Source: a virus
Reading direction: 5' to 3' (one strand)
DNA: 64,000 nt
IMG/VR virus record: IMGVR_UViG_3300006810_000040
Location: 4,352-68,351 of that record
Shown piece after piece: positions 20,542 to 31,270 of this stretch. Made by a program: the position numbers and the translations under genes. The notes beneath the pieces are model-generated. The model was given only the letters and a program-made list of their open reading frames with translations, was not told the DNA's origin and ran no database searches. Positions within the stretch are counted from its first letter, which is position 1. Each line of letters starts with the position of its first letter.

Positions 20542-20942
20542 CCGCTCGCGCCCTGCTGATGGCCGACCTCGAGGGACGGCCCGGCAAGGTGGACCCACCC
20601 TTGGTGGAGCATGCGCGAGCGGAGGCCAGGTCCATGCGCTCGATCTGGCGTCGGCACTACAACCTGCCCCCCAACGACCCGCGCTTCCTGTCGATGACCG
20701 ACGACGAGCTGCAGTGGGACCTGCTCCAGATCGCCATCCACGCGACCGACGAGAAGCGGCAGATGGAGGCCGACCGCCAGACCGTGCTGGACCTGCAGAA
20801 GGACATGAAGGGCATCGCTGACATGGTGGACCGCTCCAACGACTTCACGCAGGCCAAGACCACGCAGAAGGCGTTGATGGCCGTACTGGGCCGAGAGAAG
20901 CCCGCCACGCGCATCGAGCGGATTACCCTGACCATGGACTAA
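20529..20942 (+). CDS. Tail assembly chaperone -1 frameshift extension (GT-like)
   Basis: G GGA AAA heptamer at 20529-20535; the -1 frame stays open to 20942 with WRRHYNLPPNDPRFLSMT. Confidence 0.75.
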   Translation, partial: GKSVAARALLMADLEGRPGKVDPPLVEHARAEARSMRSIWRRHYNLPPNDPRFLSMTDDELQWDLLQIAIHATDEKRQMEADRQTVLDLQKDMKGIADMVDRSNDFTQAKTTQKALMAVLGREKPATRIERITLTMD

Positions 20943-20950
20943 GAGGCCCA

Positions 20951-22768
20951 ATGGCTGGACCGGACAAGACTTCGACGATCCGCTTCCGCACCCTCGCGGA
21001 GATCGGGCAGCTACGCCAGTACACGGCAGCGATGCGCGAGTACCGCGGCGAGCTCGACCAGCTGACCCGTGTCGCTGAGCGCTACCAGGGCGTGGCAGGT
21101 GGCGGTGGTGGCGGTGGTGGTGGCGGTGCTCCTGGGGACGGGGCCGGGTCTGGTTCCCCCCCTCCGGTCGGGCCCGCACCAGGTGGTGGTGGTCAGGGGC
21201 CCGAGGGCGGCAAGCCCCCGCCCGTCCCCCCGCCTGCCCCTGGCGGTGGCGGTGGGAGCAAGCCCGGACTGGGCCAACGCATCGCCAGCGGCGCGATGTC
21301 CCTGGGCTTGAAGGGCGCGGCCATCGGTGCCGGCCTGGCGCTGGGTGGCGGCCTGCTCAGCTTCTTCACCGCGCGCGCCAACCACTTCATGCAGCTGTCC
21401 AGCGTCATGGCGCAGCTCAACCGGCGCTTCCGCGAGGGAGAGGGCGCGGTCCACGGGTGGGGCAGCGCGATGGCGTTCACCGTGGGGCAGACCGCCCAGA
21501 TGATGGAGCTGATGGGCTCCAACGTGAACGACCCGACCAAGGCCCAGTTCCAGAGCTTCGCGGGCATCCAACGCAACTACGGGTTGGGGGGCGACGCCAT
21601 CGGCGGCCTGAGCTCCATCGAGAAGTACACCCACGGCAGCAGCCCAGGGCTGGGTGTGGACCGCACCGGCTTGGCCCAGATCATCGGCCGAGCTGTCACC
21701 ACCGGCATGGACGGCGGACGCCTGGCCGAGCACATCCGCACCATCGCGTCGGTCAGCGAGGAGACGTTTCGGCGCACGGGCAAGTCGTCGGTCACCGGCG
21801 CGCTGGCCACGACGGCCATCCCTGGCCTGATCTTCGGGCCGGGCGACGAACGGGGCAGGGGCCAGATGGGCGTGGAGTTCATGGCCCGCCTGAACGCGGG
21901 CGCGGACAACCCCGCCATGCAGACCCTGCTGATGCGCGCCATGGGCTACGGGCAGCCTGGTGGTCCTGGCTACATCGGTATGCGGATGCAGTCCGAGGCC
22001 GGGTTCTACGGCGAGGCCGGCGTCCAGAACCTGGGCTACCTGCACCAGGAGTTCTCTGCACGCGGCGCGGACAAACAGTACGCGTTCCGCGCGCTTGAGA
22101 CCACCATGCCTGGGTTGCGGGCGCACGAGCTGGACAAGCTCGCCGCGTTCCTGACCAACCCCGAGATGCAGCCCATGCTGGACAAGCTGTCCGGGGTCGA
22201 GGACCTGGACGCGTTCTACGGCGGACTGAGTCAGAAGGAGCGCGCCGCGTTCGACGAGAGCGGGTTCGCCGGCATGGCCGGGCTGGCTGGTCGAGCGGGT
22301 GCCGGCGACTGGCGACAGGTCCAGATGGAGGGCCTGTCCATGCGCTACGGGCCCGCCATGGCTGAGACGCTGATGAAGCTGACCGACACGGCGGATCAGA
22401 CCCTGCAGGCGTTCCAGAAGCTGACGGGCGTGGACTGGGGCACCATGCTGGTCAAGCTGGTCAGCGCCATCAACCGGCTCTCACGCGCGCTGAACAAGTG
22501 GGGCGACAAGGGCAGCCTGAACGATCAGTACGGCGGTGGCCTGTACGGCGAGATCGCAACAGACACGAAGAGAAACTGGGACGCATCCATGCGCGGTGAG
22601 ACGGGCTACGGCCCGGCCATGGCTGGCGCTGCCCAGATCATCCAGGTCAGCCCCCAGGGCAAGATCCTGCTGATGGCCCTCGAGCAGGCTGGCTTCGACG
22701 GGCTGTTCAGCGACACGACGGCCGGGCGCTACCAAGAGCAGTACGTGGGCGGCAGTGATGGCGAGTGA
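20951..22768 (+). CDS. Tape measure protein
   Basis: Gly/Ala/Met-rich helical protein after the chaperones; poly-Gly/Pro linker near the N-terminus. Confidence 0.75.
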   Translation: MAGPDKTSTIRFRTLAEIGQLRQYTAAMREYRGELDQLTRVAERYQGVAGGGGGGGGGGAPGDGAGSGSPPPVGPAPGGGGQGPEGGKPPPVPPPAPGGGGGSKPGLGQRIASGAMSLGLKGAAIGAGLALGGGLLSFFTARANHFMQLSSVMAQLNRRFREGEGAVHGWGSAMAFTVGQTAQMMELMGSNVNDPTKAQFQSFAGIQRNYGLGGDAIGGLSSIEKYTHGSSPGLGVDRTGLAQIIGRAVTTGMDGGRLAEHIRTIASVSEETFRRTGKSSVTGALATTAIPGLIFGPGDERGRGQMGVEFMARLNAGADNPAMQTLLMRAMGYGQPGGPGYIGMRMQSEAGFYGEAGVQNLGYLHQEFSARGADKQYAFRALETTMPGLRAHELDKLAAFLTNPEMQPMLDKLSGVEDLDAFYGGLSQKERAAFDESGFAGMAGLAGRAGAGDWRQVQMEGLSMRYGPAMAETLMKLTDTADQTLQAFQKLTGVDWGTMLVKLVSAINRLSRALNKWGDKGSLNDQYGGGLYGEIATDTKRNWDASMRGETGYGPAMAGAAQIIQVSPQGKILLMALEQAGFDGLFSDTTAGRYQEQYVGGSDGE

Positions 22769-24401
22769 CCCGGGCCACCAGCGCGGTCAGGCCAAGGTTG
22801 TGGCCTGGGTAGGCGACGACGGGGCCGACAAGATCGACCTGAGCGCCGAGGTGGTCTCGTTCACCGTCGCGCGCGACATCCGCCAGCCCACGGCGTCTTT
22901 CTCGTTGACCCTTCTGCCCCGGCAGGGGGGCGTGGGGGATCAGACCCCGTCGGACATCCGGCGCACGGCCGAGCTCTACAAGCGGCTCAGGGCCAACACG
23001 GTGGTCGCCATCGGCTTTGAGCAGCACGGCGGCATCATGGCGGGTTTAGTCGGCAAGCGGAACAAGCAGGTGCGCATGAGCGGGCCCCAAGCCGGCTACG
23101 GGCTGACCATCACCGGCAAGTGCATCGGCAAGGGCCTGGTCAACGACCACGTCGTGCTGCCCATCCTGGGCGGGCCCGGCTTCGACAAGTGGGTCACGGC
23201 CGTGCGCGCGGCCTTCGGCGAGGGCCACCCGCTGGAGTCCATGATCTTCCGGCTCATGGGCCCCGAGGTGCCCGACGAGACCGCGACAAGCGGCGTCACC
23301 AGGTCCTGGGTCGGCGTCCGGGTCCAGGACGTGGTGGACTACCTCCTGGAGGAGGCCACGACCATGCGCGTGCCTCTGCTGTCCAAGCTCCTGGGCGGCG
23401 ACGGGCGACTGTCCGACTACATCGAGACTGAGGACACCGTCACCACCTGGCACGACGACCGGGTCTACAACGAGGGGATGCAGTCCGCCAGCGGCTCTGT
23501 CATGGGGCTGATCTCGCAGATCCTCGACCGGGACTTCTACGAGATCCGCGTGGACTACATCCCATCGGAGGACCGTGAGCTCCCGCGCGCCGTGCTCATC
23601 GTGAGGCCCAAGCCCTTTGACGAGGAGCTGATGAAGCGGGCCCCGGTCACCACCAGCCCCGGGAACAGCTGGGAGGACATGCGCTGTTTGGTGACGGGCG
23701 AGCCGTTCCACACCATCGAGCTCAACGACGTGATCCAGGCCAACCTGGGCGTGGCCGACGACGAGGGCTACGCGCTGTTCGTCGCCCAATCGCGGCGCTC
23801 CCTGATCGGCAACCCGTCCGAGTTCCAGAACCGCCTGGGCTACCCGCTGCTCGACCTGTGGGCGGCCCGGAAGTTCGGCCTGCAGGCGTACAACACCAGC
23901 CTGAACCTGGTGGGCAGCAACACCGAGCTGCAGCGCGAGAGCCCCAGCGAGTACGACCGCATCCTGGGCGAGGAGGTGGCCGACGCGCGCAACCGCCTGT
24001 TCAACTGGTACGGCCCGCTCAGCGAGCTCGAGGCTGGCAACGTGGTGGTGCGAGGGCGCGACCACTACCGCGTGGGCGACAAGGTCCGCCTGCCGTGGTC
24101 AGACGCCCCCCGCGGGGACAGCCGGGGCCTCGACTACTACACGCTGGGCGTCACGCACCAGTGGACCTTCGGCAACCCCTACCTCTGCACGCTGGCGCTG
24201 GCGCGCGGGCACAACGCGGAGATGACCCAGGACTGGCTGCAGGAGGTCAACGACGCGGTCCCCGACGTGCCCGGGTCCTACGTGGACATCAGCATCCTGG
24301 ACGGTGCGCCGCCGAACCCCGATGCGCTGGGCAGTGACATCACGTTCCGAACCACGGCCGCAGACATCACCCGACCGGGCAAGTTCGGCGAGAACAGCTG
24401 A
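22755..24401 (+). CDS. Baseplate hub-like protein
   Basis: ASFSLTL, LIVRPKPF, YRVGDKVRL, VTHQW and TLALARG motifs of hub proteins. Confidence 0.7.
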   Translation: MMASDPGHQRGQAKVVAWVGDDGADKIDLSAEVVSFTVARDIRQPTASFSLTLLPRQGGVGDQTPSDIRRTAELYKRLRANTVVAIGFEQHGGIMAGLVGKRNKQVRMSGPQAGYGLTITGKCIGKGLVNDHVVLPILGGPGFDKWVTAVRAAFGEGHPLESMIFRLMGPEVPDETATSGVTRSWVGVRVQDVVDYLLEEATTMRVPLLSKLLGGDGRLSDYIETEDTVTTWHDDRVYNEGMQSASGSVMGLISQILDRDFYEIRVDYIPSEDRELPRAVLIVRPKPFDEELMKRAPVTTSPGNSWEDMRCLVTGEPFHTIELNDVIQANLGVADDEGYALFVAQSRRSLIGNPSEFQNRLGYPLLDLWAARKFGLQAYNTSLNLVGSNTELQRESPSEYDRILGEEVADARNRLFNWYGPLSELEAGNVVVRGRDHYRVGDKVRLPWSDAPRGDSRGLDYYTLGVTHQWTFGNPYLCTLALARGHNAEMTQDWLQEVNDAVPDVPGSYVDISILDGAPPNPDALGSDITFRTTAADITRPGKFGENS

Positions 24402-25144
24402 TGGACCAGGGCGTCACCAAGCAAAAGCCCAAGGGCTACCGCGGTCCCCGCATGGGCCGCCTCGAGCAGGGCAGCGGCCGGCGTGTGTTCCTGCGTGGGA
24501 CGAACGGCGACCGGATCCCGTTGGACCAGGTCTCCTTCATGGTGGGCACATGGGGCGGGGGCACCGAGGGCGTCAGCAAGCTCCCTCGACCGTGGCAGTT
24601 CACGCGCACCGGCGAGGTCAAGGTCGCTGGCGACCTGCTGGTCTACGACAAGGTGGACGGGCGCGTGGTGGTCATGGGCGCGGTCCAACAGACCAGCAGC
24701 GCCGACGACCAGGTCGGCCGGGTCCTGAGCGACGTGGCCGACGCCGACGCCCTGTTCCTCAAGCTCAAGCCCGCCGCGGGCGGCGAGGTTCGGATCTCGG
24801 CGGGCCACACCACCAAGACCCCAGGCCAGCCCGCGACCGCTGGTGTCCTCGAGGTGGCCGCCACCCATCAGCTGCGACTGCTCCTGGCCAGCAACCTGGA
24901 CCAGCTGGCCGCCGCTCTGCGGGTGGACCTGAGCGACAGCACCGCCAAGGTCTCAGCCGGTGGGCCCGTGTTCCGCCTGATGACCTCGACCGGCCTCACC
25001 GCGCTGGCACTGGGCCTGGCCGAGGTCCTGGCGTTCATGTCCGCGATGGGCGTGGCCGGGCCCAACCTGTCCACGTTCGTCACCGCGGCGCAGCTCCCGG
25101 ACGCGACGAACCCGTACCTGACCCAGAAACTGGAGAGCGAGTAG
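24401..25144 (+). CDS. Putative baseplate central spike
   Basis: Position after the hub; GDLLV...VVVMGAV OB-fold-like start. Confidence 0.55.
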   Translation: MDQGVTKQKPKGYRGPRMGRLEQGSGRRVFLRGTNGDRIPLDQVSFMVGTWGGGTEGVSKLPRPWQFTRTGEVKVAGDLLVYDKVDGRVVVMGAVQQTSSADDQVGRVLSDVADADALFLKLKPAAGGEVRISAGHTTKTPGQPATAGVLEVAATHQLRLLLASNLDQLAAALRVDLSDSTAKVSAGGPVFRLMTSTGLTALALGLAEVLAFMSAMGVAGPNLSTFVTAAQLPDATNPYLTQKLESE

Positions 25145-26065
25145 ATGGCGGTCGATCCCATCGAGGTCCGAGACGAGATGGACGCCCAGATGGCTGATGC
25201 CGTGGGGTCGGACTACGCGGATCCCACGCGCGCCGCGTTCAAGACCGGGCTGCTGCTGGCCCTGGCCAAGGTCGTGGACCTGGTCCTGGACGGGGGCACC
25301 GGTCTCACCAAGGTGTGGGACGCCTTCGGTGGTGGCGGTGGCACCAGCGACCACGCCGGCCTGACGAACCTGGAGTGGGGCGACAGCGCGCACCGAGGCG
25401 ACGAGGCCATTGTGCCCGCGACAAAGCTGGCTGGCTTCAACGCCGACGGCGACCCGGTGCTGGCGGACCTGGTTGGTGCGCCGGGCCCGCAGGGCGACCC
25501 AGGGCCGACCGGAGCGACTGGGCCCCAGGGCGACCCGGGGGCTACGGGCGCGACAGGGGCCACAGGGGCCACAGGGCCCACAGGGCCAGCTGGCGCGGAC
25601 GGGGCGGACGGGGTCAGCGCTGGCGATCTGCCCATGGTCCAACTCGTGCGGACCACGGTCCAGGCCGGGTTCACCGGCACAGCTCAGACCGTACTCTGGG
25701 ACGGCACGGCCGACATCATCGACGCCAGCGACTTCACCTATGCCAGCGGCACCGGGCTGATCACCATCCTGAACACCGGCAGGATCCGCGTGGACCTGGA
25801 CCTGACCTTCGAGAACAGCAGCGGCGTCGGCCGCTCAGACGTGGCGTCGTACATCGAGATCAACAGCGTGGAGGTGCCCGGGACGCGCCGTCGCTACTAC
25901 TGCCGCCAGGCCGACCACGGGGCGAGCGCTTCGGTCTCCGGCCGCATCATCAGCGTGACCGCGAACGACGTGCTGCGCGTGCGCGGTGTGCGCTCTCTTG
26001 GCGCGGGCACAATCCGAACCACTGCCGACGGGTGCCACCTAAACATCCAGGCCCTGGGAGCGTAG
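25145..26065 (+). CDS. Collagen-repeat fibre protein with C1q/BclA-like C-terminal domain
   Basis: About 15 Gly-X-Y triplets; GLITILNTGRIRVDLDL and VTANDVLRV beta-sandwich pattern. Confidence 0.75.
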   Translation: MAVDPIEVRDEMDAQMADAVGSDYADPTRAAFKTGLLLALAKVVDLVLDGGTGLTKVWDAFGGGGGTSDHAGLTNLEWGDSAHRGDEAIVPATKLAGFNADGDPVLADLVGAPGPQGDPGPTGATGPQGDPGATGATGATGATGPTGPAGADGADGVSAGDLPMVQLVRTTVQAGFTGTAQTVLWDGTADIIDASDFTYASGTGLITILNTGRIRVDLDLTFENSSGVGRSDVASYIEINSVEVPGTRRRYYCRQADHGASASVSGRIISVTANDVLRVRGVRSLGAGTIRTTADGCHLNIQALGA

Positions 26066-27775
26066 ATGCCCGCGACCGTCAACAACACCGGCCAACTGAA
26101 CCTGCTGCTGTTCGAAGTGGTCCGGGTCCGCCGCACCTTCACCCCGCAAGGCGCGGCCACCGCGCTGGTCAACACCATCGCGCTCCACCCCCTGGTGATC
26201 AGCCCCAACAACTGGCGCTGGACGGACACGTCCAGGTCCACCGTCATGGAGACCGGTGGCGACCGAACCGTCCACACCAAGGCCGGTCGCGCCCTGCGCA
26301 TGGGCCGCTTCGCTGGCTCCTTCGGCGTGGCGTCCGCTGGCCTGGGTCCGTACATCGGGACGGGCGAGATCCGCCGACAGCGCTTCTACAACGAGGTGGT
26401 CCGCCTGAGCGATGCACTGACCAAGCACGCGGTCGAGGAGGCCATCAACCTGCTCAGCGGCAGCCCCCAGATCAGCTTCCTGCTGGCCGACTACAACGAG
26501 GACACCGACCTCTTCGCCATCAACCTCTACGACCTGTGGCACCAGCTGGCCTTTGAGGTCCAGATCCAGAGCTTTGAGTTCATCCGCACGGCCAAGAGCG
26601 CCGACGGGCGCAGCGACTACAACCTGCTGGTGAAAGAGGCCGGGCCGCTGGTGCAGGCGGGCGGGTTCCAGGCCGTGCTGTCGAAGCTGATGTCTGGCCT
26701 GGTCGCGTGGGACACCGCCAACGAGCTGGTCAAGGGGACCACCCTCGAGGACACGCTCAACGCGCACGCAAACGCGCTGGGCGTCGGCATCGGCGAGCTC
26801 GCGGACACGTCTCAGGCTGTGGCTGGCCAGGTCGATGCCGCCACCCGCCTGTTCAGCGGGGACACCCGCGGCAGCTTCGCCAGCGTGGCGGCCAACGAGG
26901 GGATCAGCAACCTGCTGGGCAACGCCAAGCGTGCGGTCCAGGGCATGGAGGACGTGGCCGGTGTCCTGCGCCGGCAGGGCGTCTCTGCGGCCGACTTCAC
27001 CGGAACCCCGCCAGACCCGACCCCGCGCGTGCGGTCTGACGGGGCCATCGTGGTGCCCGACGGCACGGACGACATCGCCGAGCTCCGCGCGTTCGACGAG
27101 CTCAGCGCGTTCTTGGACGTGCGGGACGCCATGGCCCAGCAGGACAGCATGGGGCGGCTGTTCGGCATGTCCGACGCCGAGTTCAGCGAGTACCTGAGCG
27201 GGGGCTCCACCAAGGGGCACCGGCGACCCGAGATCGCGGGCAGCTCCGAGTACGTGGTGCTGCTGTCGGACACCCCGGCGGGGCTCCAGCGCGCCTTTGG
27301 TGTGCCCTTTGAGCGGATCGTGGAGGCCAACCAGAAGACCCCGGACGAGCTGCTGCGGCCTGGCACCACGATCGACATCCCCGTGCGCCGGTCCAGCGGC
27401 CCCCAGTCCATCGACGGCCTGCCCACCTTCGACAGCCACATCGGCAAGACCGCGTGGGGGCGCGACCTCAGCACAGACTTCGACGTGGACGAGCAGGGCG
27501 ACCTGGCCGTCGTCAGCGAGGACGACGTGCTCACGCAGGGCGCGGCCCTGTTGATCGCTGACATCGAGGCCGAGCTCCTGCGGACGACCCAGGGCTACGG
27601 CGACCTCATCCGCACCCGCTTCCTGAGCGCCCGCGTGAGCACCGAGCTGACCACGGACCCACGCATCCAGGCCGTCACCCAGATCGACCTGCTCGAGGAC
27701 GGCGGTGGGGGCGTGGGGCTGTCTGTGACCCTGCGAGCCATCAACGGCGTCACGCTGCGGACGGGCGGCCCCTGA
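26066..27775 (+). CDS. Baseplate/tube-initiator protein with LysM and gp25-like C-terminus
   Basis: YVVLLSDT...IVEANQ...LRPGTTIDIP (LysM); WGRDL...GDLAVV...DPRIQAV (gp25-like). Confidence 0.7.
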   Translation: MPATVNNTGQLNLLLFEVVRVRRTFTPQGAATALVNTIALHPLVISPNNWRWTDTSRSTVMETGGDRTVHTKAGRALRMGRFAGSFGVASAGLGPYIGTGEIRRQRFYNEVVRLSDALTKHAVEEAINLLSGSPQISFLLADYNEDTDLFAINLYDLWHQLAFEVQIQSFEFIRTAKSADGRSDYNLLVKEAGPLVQAGGFQAVLSKLMSGLVAWDTANELVKGTTLEDTLNAHANALGVGIGELADTSQAVAGQVDAATRLFSGDTRGSFASVAANEGISNLLGNAKRAVQGMEDVAGVLRRQGVSAADFTGTPPDPTPRVRSDGAIVVPDGTDDIAELRAFDELSAFLDVRDAMAQQDSMGRLFGMSDAEFSEYLSGGSTKGHRRPEIAGSSEYVVLLSDTPAGLQRAFGVPFERIVEANQKTPDELLRPGTTIDIPVRRSSGPQSIDGLPTFDSHIGKTAWGRDLSTDFDVDEQGDLAVVSEDDVLTQGAALLIADIEAELLRTTQGYGDLIRTRFLSARVSTELTTDPRIQAVTQIDLLEDGGGGVGLSVTLRAINGVTLRTGGP

Positions 27776-27832
27776 CCCAGGTCCGGTGGTTCACTACCTT
27801 CGTGCGCCTTATCCTACGCGAGGAGTTCACCA

Positions 27833-29233
27833 ATGGCCGTGCCCCCCGTCCTTCAGGACCGCGACACCCTCGCACAGCGCTTCATCCGCACCACGATGGC
27901 CTACTGCGACCAGCTGACCTGGTATGGGCGCAACAGCCTGACCCGGGCGCTGGCGTTCGCGGCCGCGGGCGTGGCCGAGATCGGGCAACAGCTCTACGTG
28001 GCTCTGCTGCGCCGCACGACCCTGCTGGGCGCTCAGGGCGAGTTCCTGAGCCAGGTGATGCAGGAGCACGGCGTCGAGCGGCTGAAGACCAGCAACGCCA
28101 AGCTGCTGCTGGTGGTGAAGCCCGAGGCCACCACCGTGACCGCGGTCACCACCGGAGCCACCGACCTGATCGAGGTGGAGGACAGCGGCGGCTTCGACGT
28201 GGGCATGGACATGGTGATCCGCAGCGCCGACGGGTCCGACAGCGAGGCAACCGGGGCCATCATCGCCATCACCAGCGGCACCGGCCCCAACAGCGGCGAC
28301 GAACTCGAGGTGGCCACCCTCACCAACAGCTACAGCCCAGGGTCGGAGAACGTCGAGGTCCTGGCCCGCATCACCCTGGCCGCGGACACGCTGGTCAACA
28401 CCGAGGACGGCGTGCAGTTCGGCCTGACCGAGTCGGTGACCACCGGGGCCGCCAACCCGGTCCTGAGCGGCGAGGGCAGCGCTGTGGGCCTCCTGGACCG
28501 CGTTTGGTGCGAGGCCGTGTCCGCTGGCTCCAGCGGCAACGTGCAGGCATACAGCGTCACCGACCTGGCCATCGGCGTGGACGGCATCGCTGCCGTGTAC
28601 AACCCCGAACCAGCGACGGGCGGCGAGGACGTGGAGGCCGACTACGCGGGCCGGCGACGGGCGGCCCAGTGGGGCGCGGCCGCATCGCAGGAGACCGAGC
28701 TCTGGTTGGGTGCCATCGCCAACGCGGCCGACGAGCGGGTGCTGCGTGCCATCCGCGACAGCGACACCAGCGTGGCGCGGACCATGAAGGCCAAGGTCCT
28801 ACAGCGCAACGGGTCATCGTTCACCGCGGCCGAGCTCACCGCCATCGAGGAGTACTTGGAAGCGCGCACGCGGGCGGGCCTCGAGGTCAGCCTGTCCAAC
28901 GTCTCGCTGACCAGCGTCGAGATCGAGGCCGAGATCACCCTGGCCCCCGGCTTCACCCTCCAGGAGGTCTACCGCTCGATGGCCTCGCGCCTGGCCACCT
29001 ACCTGGACTGGCGGCGCTGGACCTTCGGCAACGACGTGGAGGAGGCCGACCTGATTGTGCTGGTCCGCCAGACCACCGGCGTGCAGTCCCTGACCACCGA
29101 GACCTTCACCCCGTTGGCCGATGTCGGCGTGGCGGACGACAGCTTGCCCGTGCTGGCCCGCCTGTCCCTGACCGACACCGCGACCGGCGATGTCATCAAC
29201 GCGACCCTGACCACCAGCTTCGCCACCAGCTGA
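27833..29233 (+). CDS. Baseplate J-like wedge protein
   Basis: CEAVSAGSSGNV and VYNPEPATGGEDVEAD motifs; AGGAG SD. Confidence 0.85.
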   Translation: MAVPPVLQDRDTLAQRFIRTTMAYCDQLTWYGRNSLTRALAFAAAGVAEIGQQLYVALLRRTTLLGAQGEFLSQVMQEHGVERLKTSNAKLLLVVKPEATTVTAVTTGATDLIEVEDSGGFDVGMDMVIRSADGSDSEATGAIIAITSGTGPNSGDELEVATLTNSYSPGSENVEVLARITLAADTLVNTEDGVQFGLTESVTTGAANPVLSGEGSAVGLLDRVWCEAVSAGSSGNVQAYSVTDLAIGVDGIAAVYNPEPATGGEDVEADYAGRRRAAQWGAAASQETELWLGAIANAADERVLRAIRDSDTSVARTMKAKVLQRNGSSFTAAELTAIEEYLEARTRAGLEVSLSNVSLTSVEIEAEITLAPGFTLQEVYRSMASRLATYLDWRRWTFGNDVEEADLIVLVRQTTGVQSLTTETFTPLADVGVADDSLPVLARLSLTDTATGDVINATLTTSFATS

Positions 29234-29248
29234 GCACCGTGGAGCCCC

Positions 29249-31261
29249 ATGACGGCGCGTGACTTCAACCTGGCCTACTGGCACTCGGACGAGGGCGTCG
29301 AGCCCGACGACGCCAGCCTGCAGGCCCCCTGGACGCTGACCGACACCGCCAGCGCGCCCCCGACGTACACCCTGGCCAAGGGCGTGGTGCTCAACTGCGC
29401 CAGCGGAGACCAGCACTACAGCCGGCCCCTGGTGCCCAGCGAGGCCACCAGCGGGGTCAAGCGCGGCCGGGACAGCTTCTATCTGCAGTTCCAGGTCCAG
29501 GTCCTGACCGAGGCCAGCGGGCGGCTGGTGGTCCACATGGACGACCGTGAGCGCTACGCGGCCGTGCGGCTGGACAAGCAGACCGGGGCCTTTGAGTGGG
29601 TGGACAGCTCCGGCACCACCATCAAGACCATCAGCCTGACCTGGCCGTACCTGGCCGACGCCGTCATCTACCTGTTTAAGCGCGCGCGCAGCGTGTTTGA
29701 GCTGTGGGTCAACGGACAGCTGATCTCCCAGCTGGCCTATGCCCGGGGCGAGGCATCGACGGCGCTCACATCGACGGCCGGCGTTGGGTGGTTCGGTTGC
29801 ACGACCGCGTCGGCGGCGCGCGTGGACGCCCTCGAGCTGAGCATCAACACCACGCTGCCGCACGACTTCCGCTATCAGCGCGTGGTCCTGAACCTGCCCG
29901 CGCTGGTCCAGCAGCGCCTGAACGCCCGGCACCGGGCCGTCATCCGGTCGATGCTGGGGCTGTTCGAAGCCGGCCTGGACGGCATGACCTCCTACCAGGA
30001 CCAGCGCAACGCCCTGCGCCTGCCCCTGGAGGACGCGCTCGAGGCCCACGGCGAGGTCCTGCCCAGCGACGAGGACGACCGCTTCACAGAGAGCGGCACG
30101 GTGTCCATCGTGCGCGAGTGGGTGCGCCTGGACGGCACCACGGCCCGCATCGAGGCCACGCCCGACGTGGACTTCATCGACCAGGGCGGGATGGCCTGCA
30201 GCTTCACCGTGCGCGTGCGCCGGCCCTCCCCGACCCCGGACAACGCGGGCCGGTTGCTGATCGTGCGCATGGACACCGAGGACAAGCGCCCTGGCGCTAC
30301 CCTGTACGAGGCTGGCGGCCTGGGCACCGATCAGTGGGCGTGGGTCATCGACGACGACGGCATCGACCCGTCCGGGGCCGTGCCCGTGGTCCCGCTGGGC
30401 GAGACCTGGCCGGTCAACCCGTTCAGCGAGCACCGCGTCAGCCTGGTGTGCCTGCGGCCCGACACCCTGCTGCTGATCGTGGACGGGGCCATCGTGGACC
30501 GCGTGGCCTACTCCGCGCTGAGCAAGTCGAGCTCTACGACCCGGATCCGCATCCAGACGCCGGCAACGGTCGCCAACGGGCTGGTCGAGCTGCGCGACAT
30601 CAAGATCGAGACGTGGCGCGCGGACCTGGCCACCCGCACGCTGCTGCTGCGCTGGCTGGGGCAGCACAACGTGCCCAGTGGGGGCTGTGAGCGCTCCGAC
30701 GAGATGGAGCTGGTGCAGAACAACCGGGCGGGCGTCATGGGCCTGCGCGGCACCGAGGCCGGCATCCTGGCCGAGCTCAAGCGCATGGCCTGCGAGAACG
30801 ACGAAGTGGACGTGGTCCAGGAGACCGACCAGCTGGGGTGGTTCCTGAACGTCAGCTTTCCCACGGTCACGCCCGTGTTCCTGAACGTGCAGGGCTCCCT
30901 GGCGCGGATCTACGTCGAGTTCCCGATCACCGGCCTGGAGAGCTTCACCTACCAGCAGCTGGCCGACTGGGTCGCGATGCACCTGGTGCCCCTGTCCACG
31001 CTGGAGCTGCAGTACGAAGTGGGCCTGGTCTCCTACATGACGGGCAGCAGCTCCGTCGTCGGCAGCGACACGCGCCTGACCGTGAAGGACACCACCGGCT
31101 TCGAAGTCGGCGACGGCGTCACCGTGCGCAACGCCGCGAACACCACCTACGAGAACGTCACCGTCACCCAGGTGGTCAGCAGCACCCAACTCGACGTAGA
31201 GCAGACCGTCGCAACCTGGGTGTCTGGCGACGTGGTACGCAAGACGCTCGCTACTTCCTGA
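29249..31261 (+). CDS. Baseplate wedge/tail protein with lectin-like inserts
   Basis: Follows J-like gene; LRGTEAGI motif; FELWVNG and LLIVDG LamG-like strands. Confidence 0.6.
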   Translation: MTARDFNLAYWHSDEGVEPDDASLQAPWTLTDTASAPPTYTLAKGVVLNCASGDQHYSRPLVPSEATSGVKRGRDSFYLQFQVQVLTEASGRLVVHMDDRERYAAVRLDKQTGAFEWVDSSGTTIKTISLTWPYLADAVIYLFKRARSVFELWVNGQLISQLAYARGEASTALTSTAGVGWFGCTTASAARVDALELSINTTLPHDFRYQRVVLNLPALVQQRLNARHRAVIRSMLGLFEAGLDGMTSYQDQRNALRLPLEDALEAHGEVLPSDEDDRFTESGTVSIVREWVRLDGTTARIEATPDVDFIDQGGMACSFTVRVRRPSPTPDNAGRLLIVRMDTEDKRPGATLYEAGGLGTDQWAWVIDDDGIDPSGAVPVVPLGETWPVNPFSEHRVSLVCLRPDTLLLIVDGAIVDRVAYSALSKSSSTTRIRIQTPATVANGLVELRDIKIETWRADLATRTLLLRWLGQHNVPSGGCERSDEMELVQNNRAGVMGLRGTEAGILAELKRMACENDEVDVVQETDQLGWFLNVSFPTVTPVFLNVQGSLARIYVEFPITGLESFTYQQLADWVAMHLVPLSTLELQYEVGLVSYMTGSSSVVGSDTRLTVKDTTGFEVGDGVTVRNAANTTYENVTVTQVVSSTQLDVEQTVATWVSGDVVRKTLATS

Positions 31262-31270
31262 GAGGGCCCC

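Noticed and set aside
21095-25590. GGT/GGC runs and ACAGGGGCC 9-bp repeats
   Set aside because: Explained by the poly-Gly linker of the tape measure protein and collagen Gly-X-Y coding.
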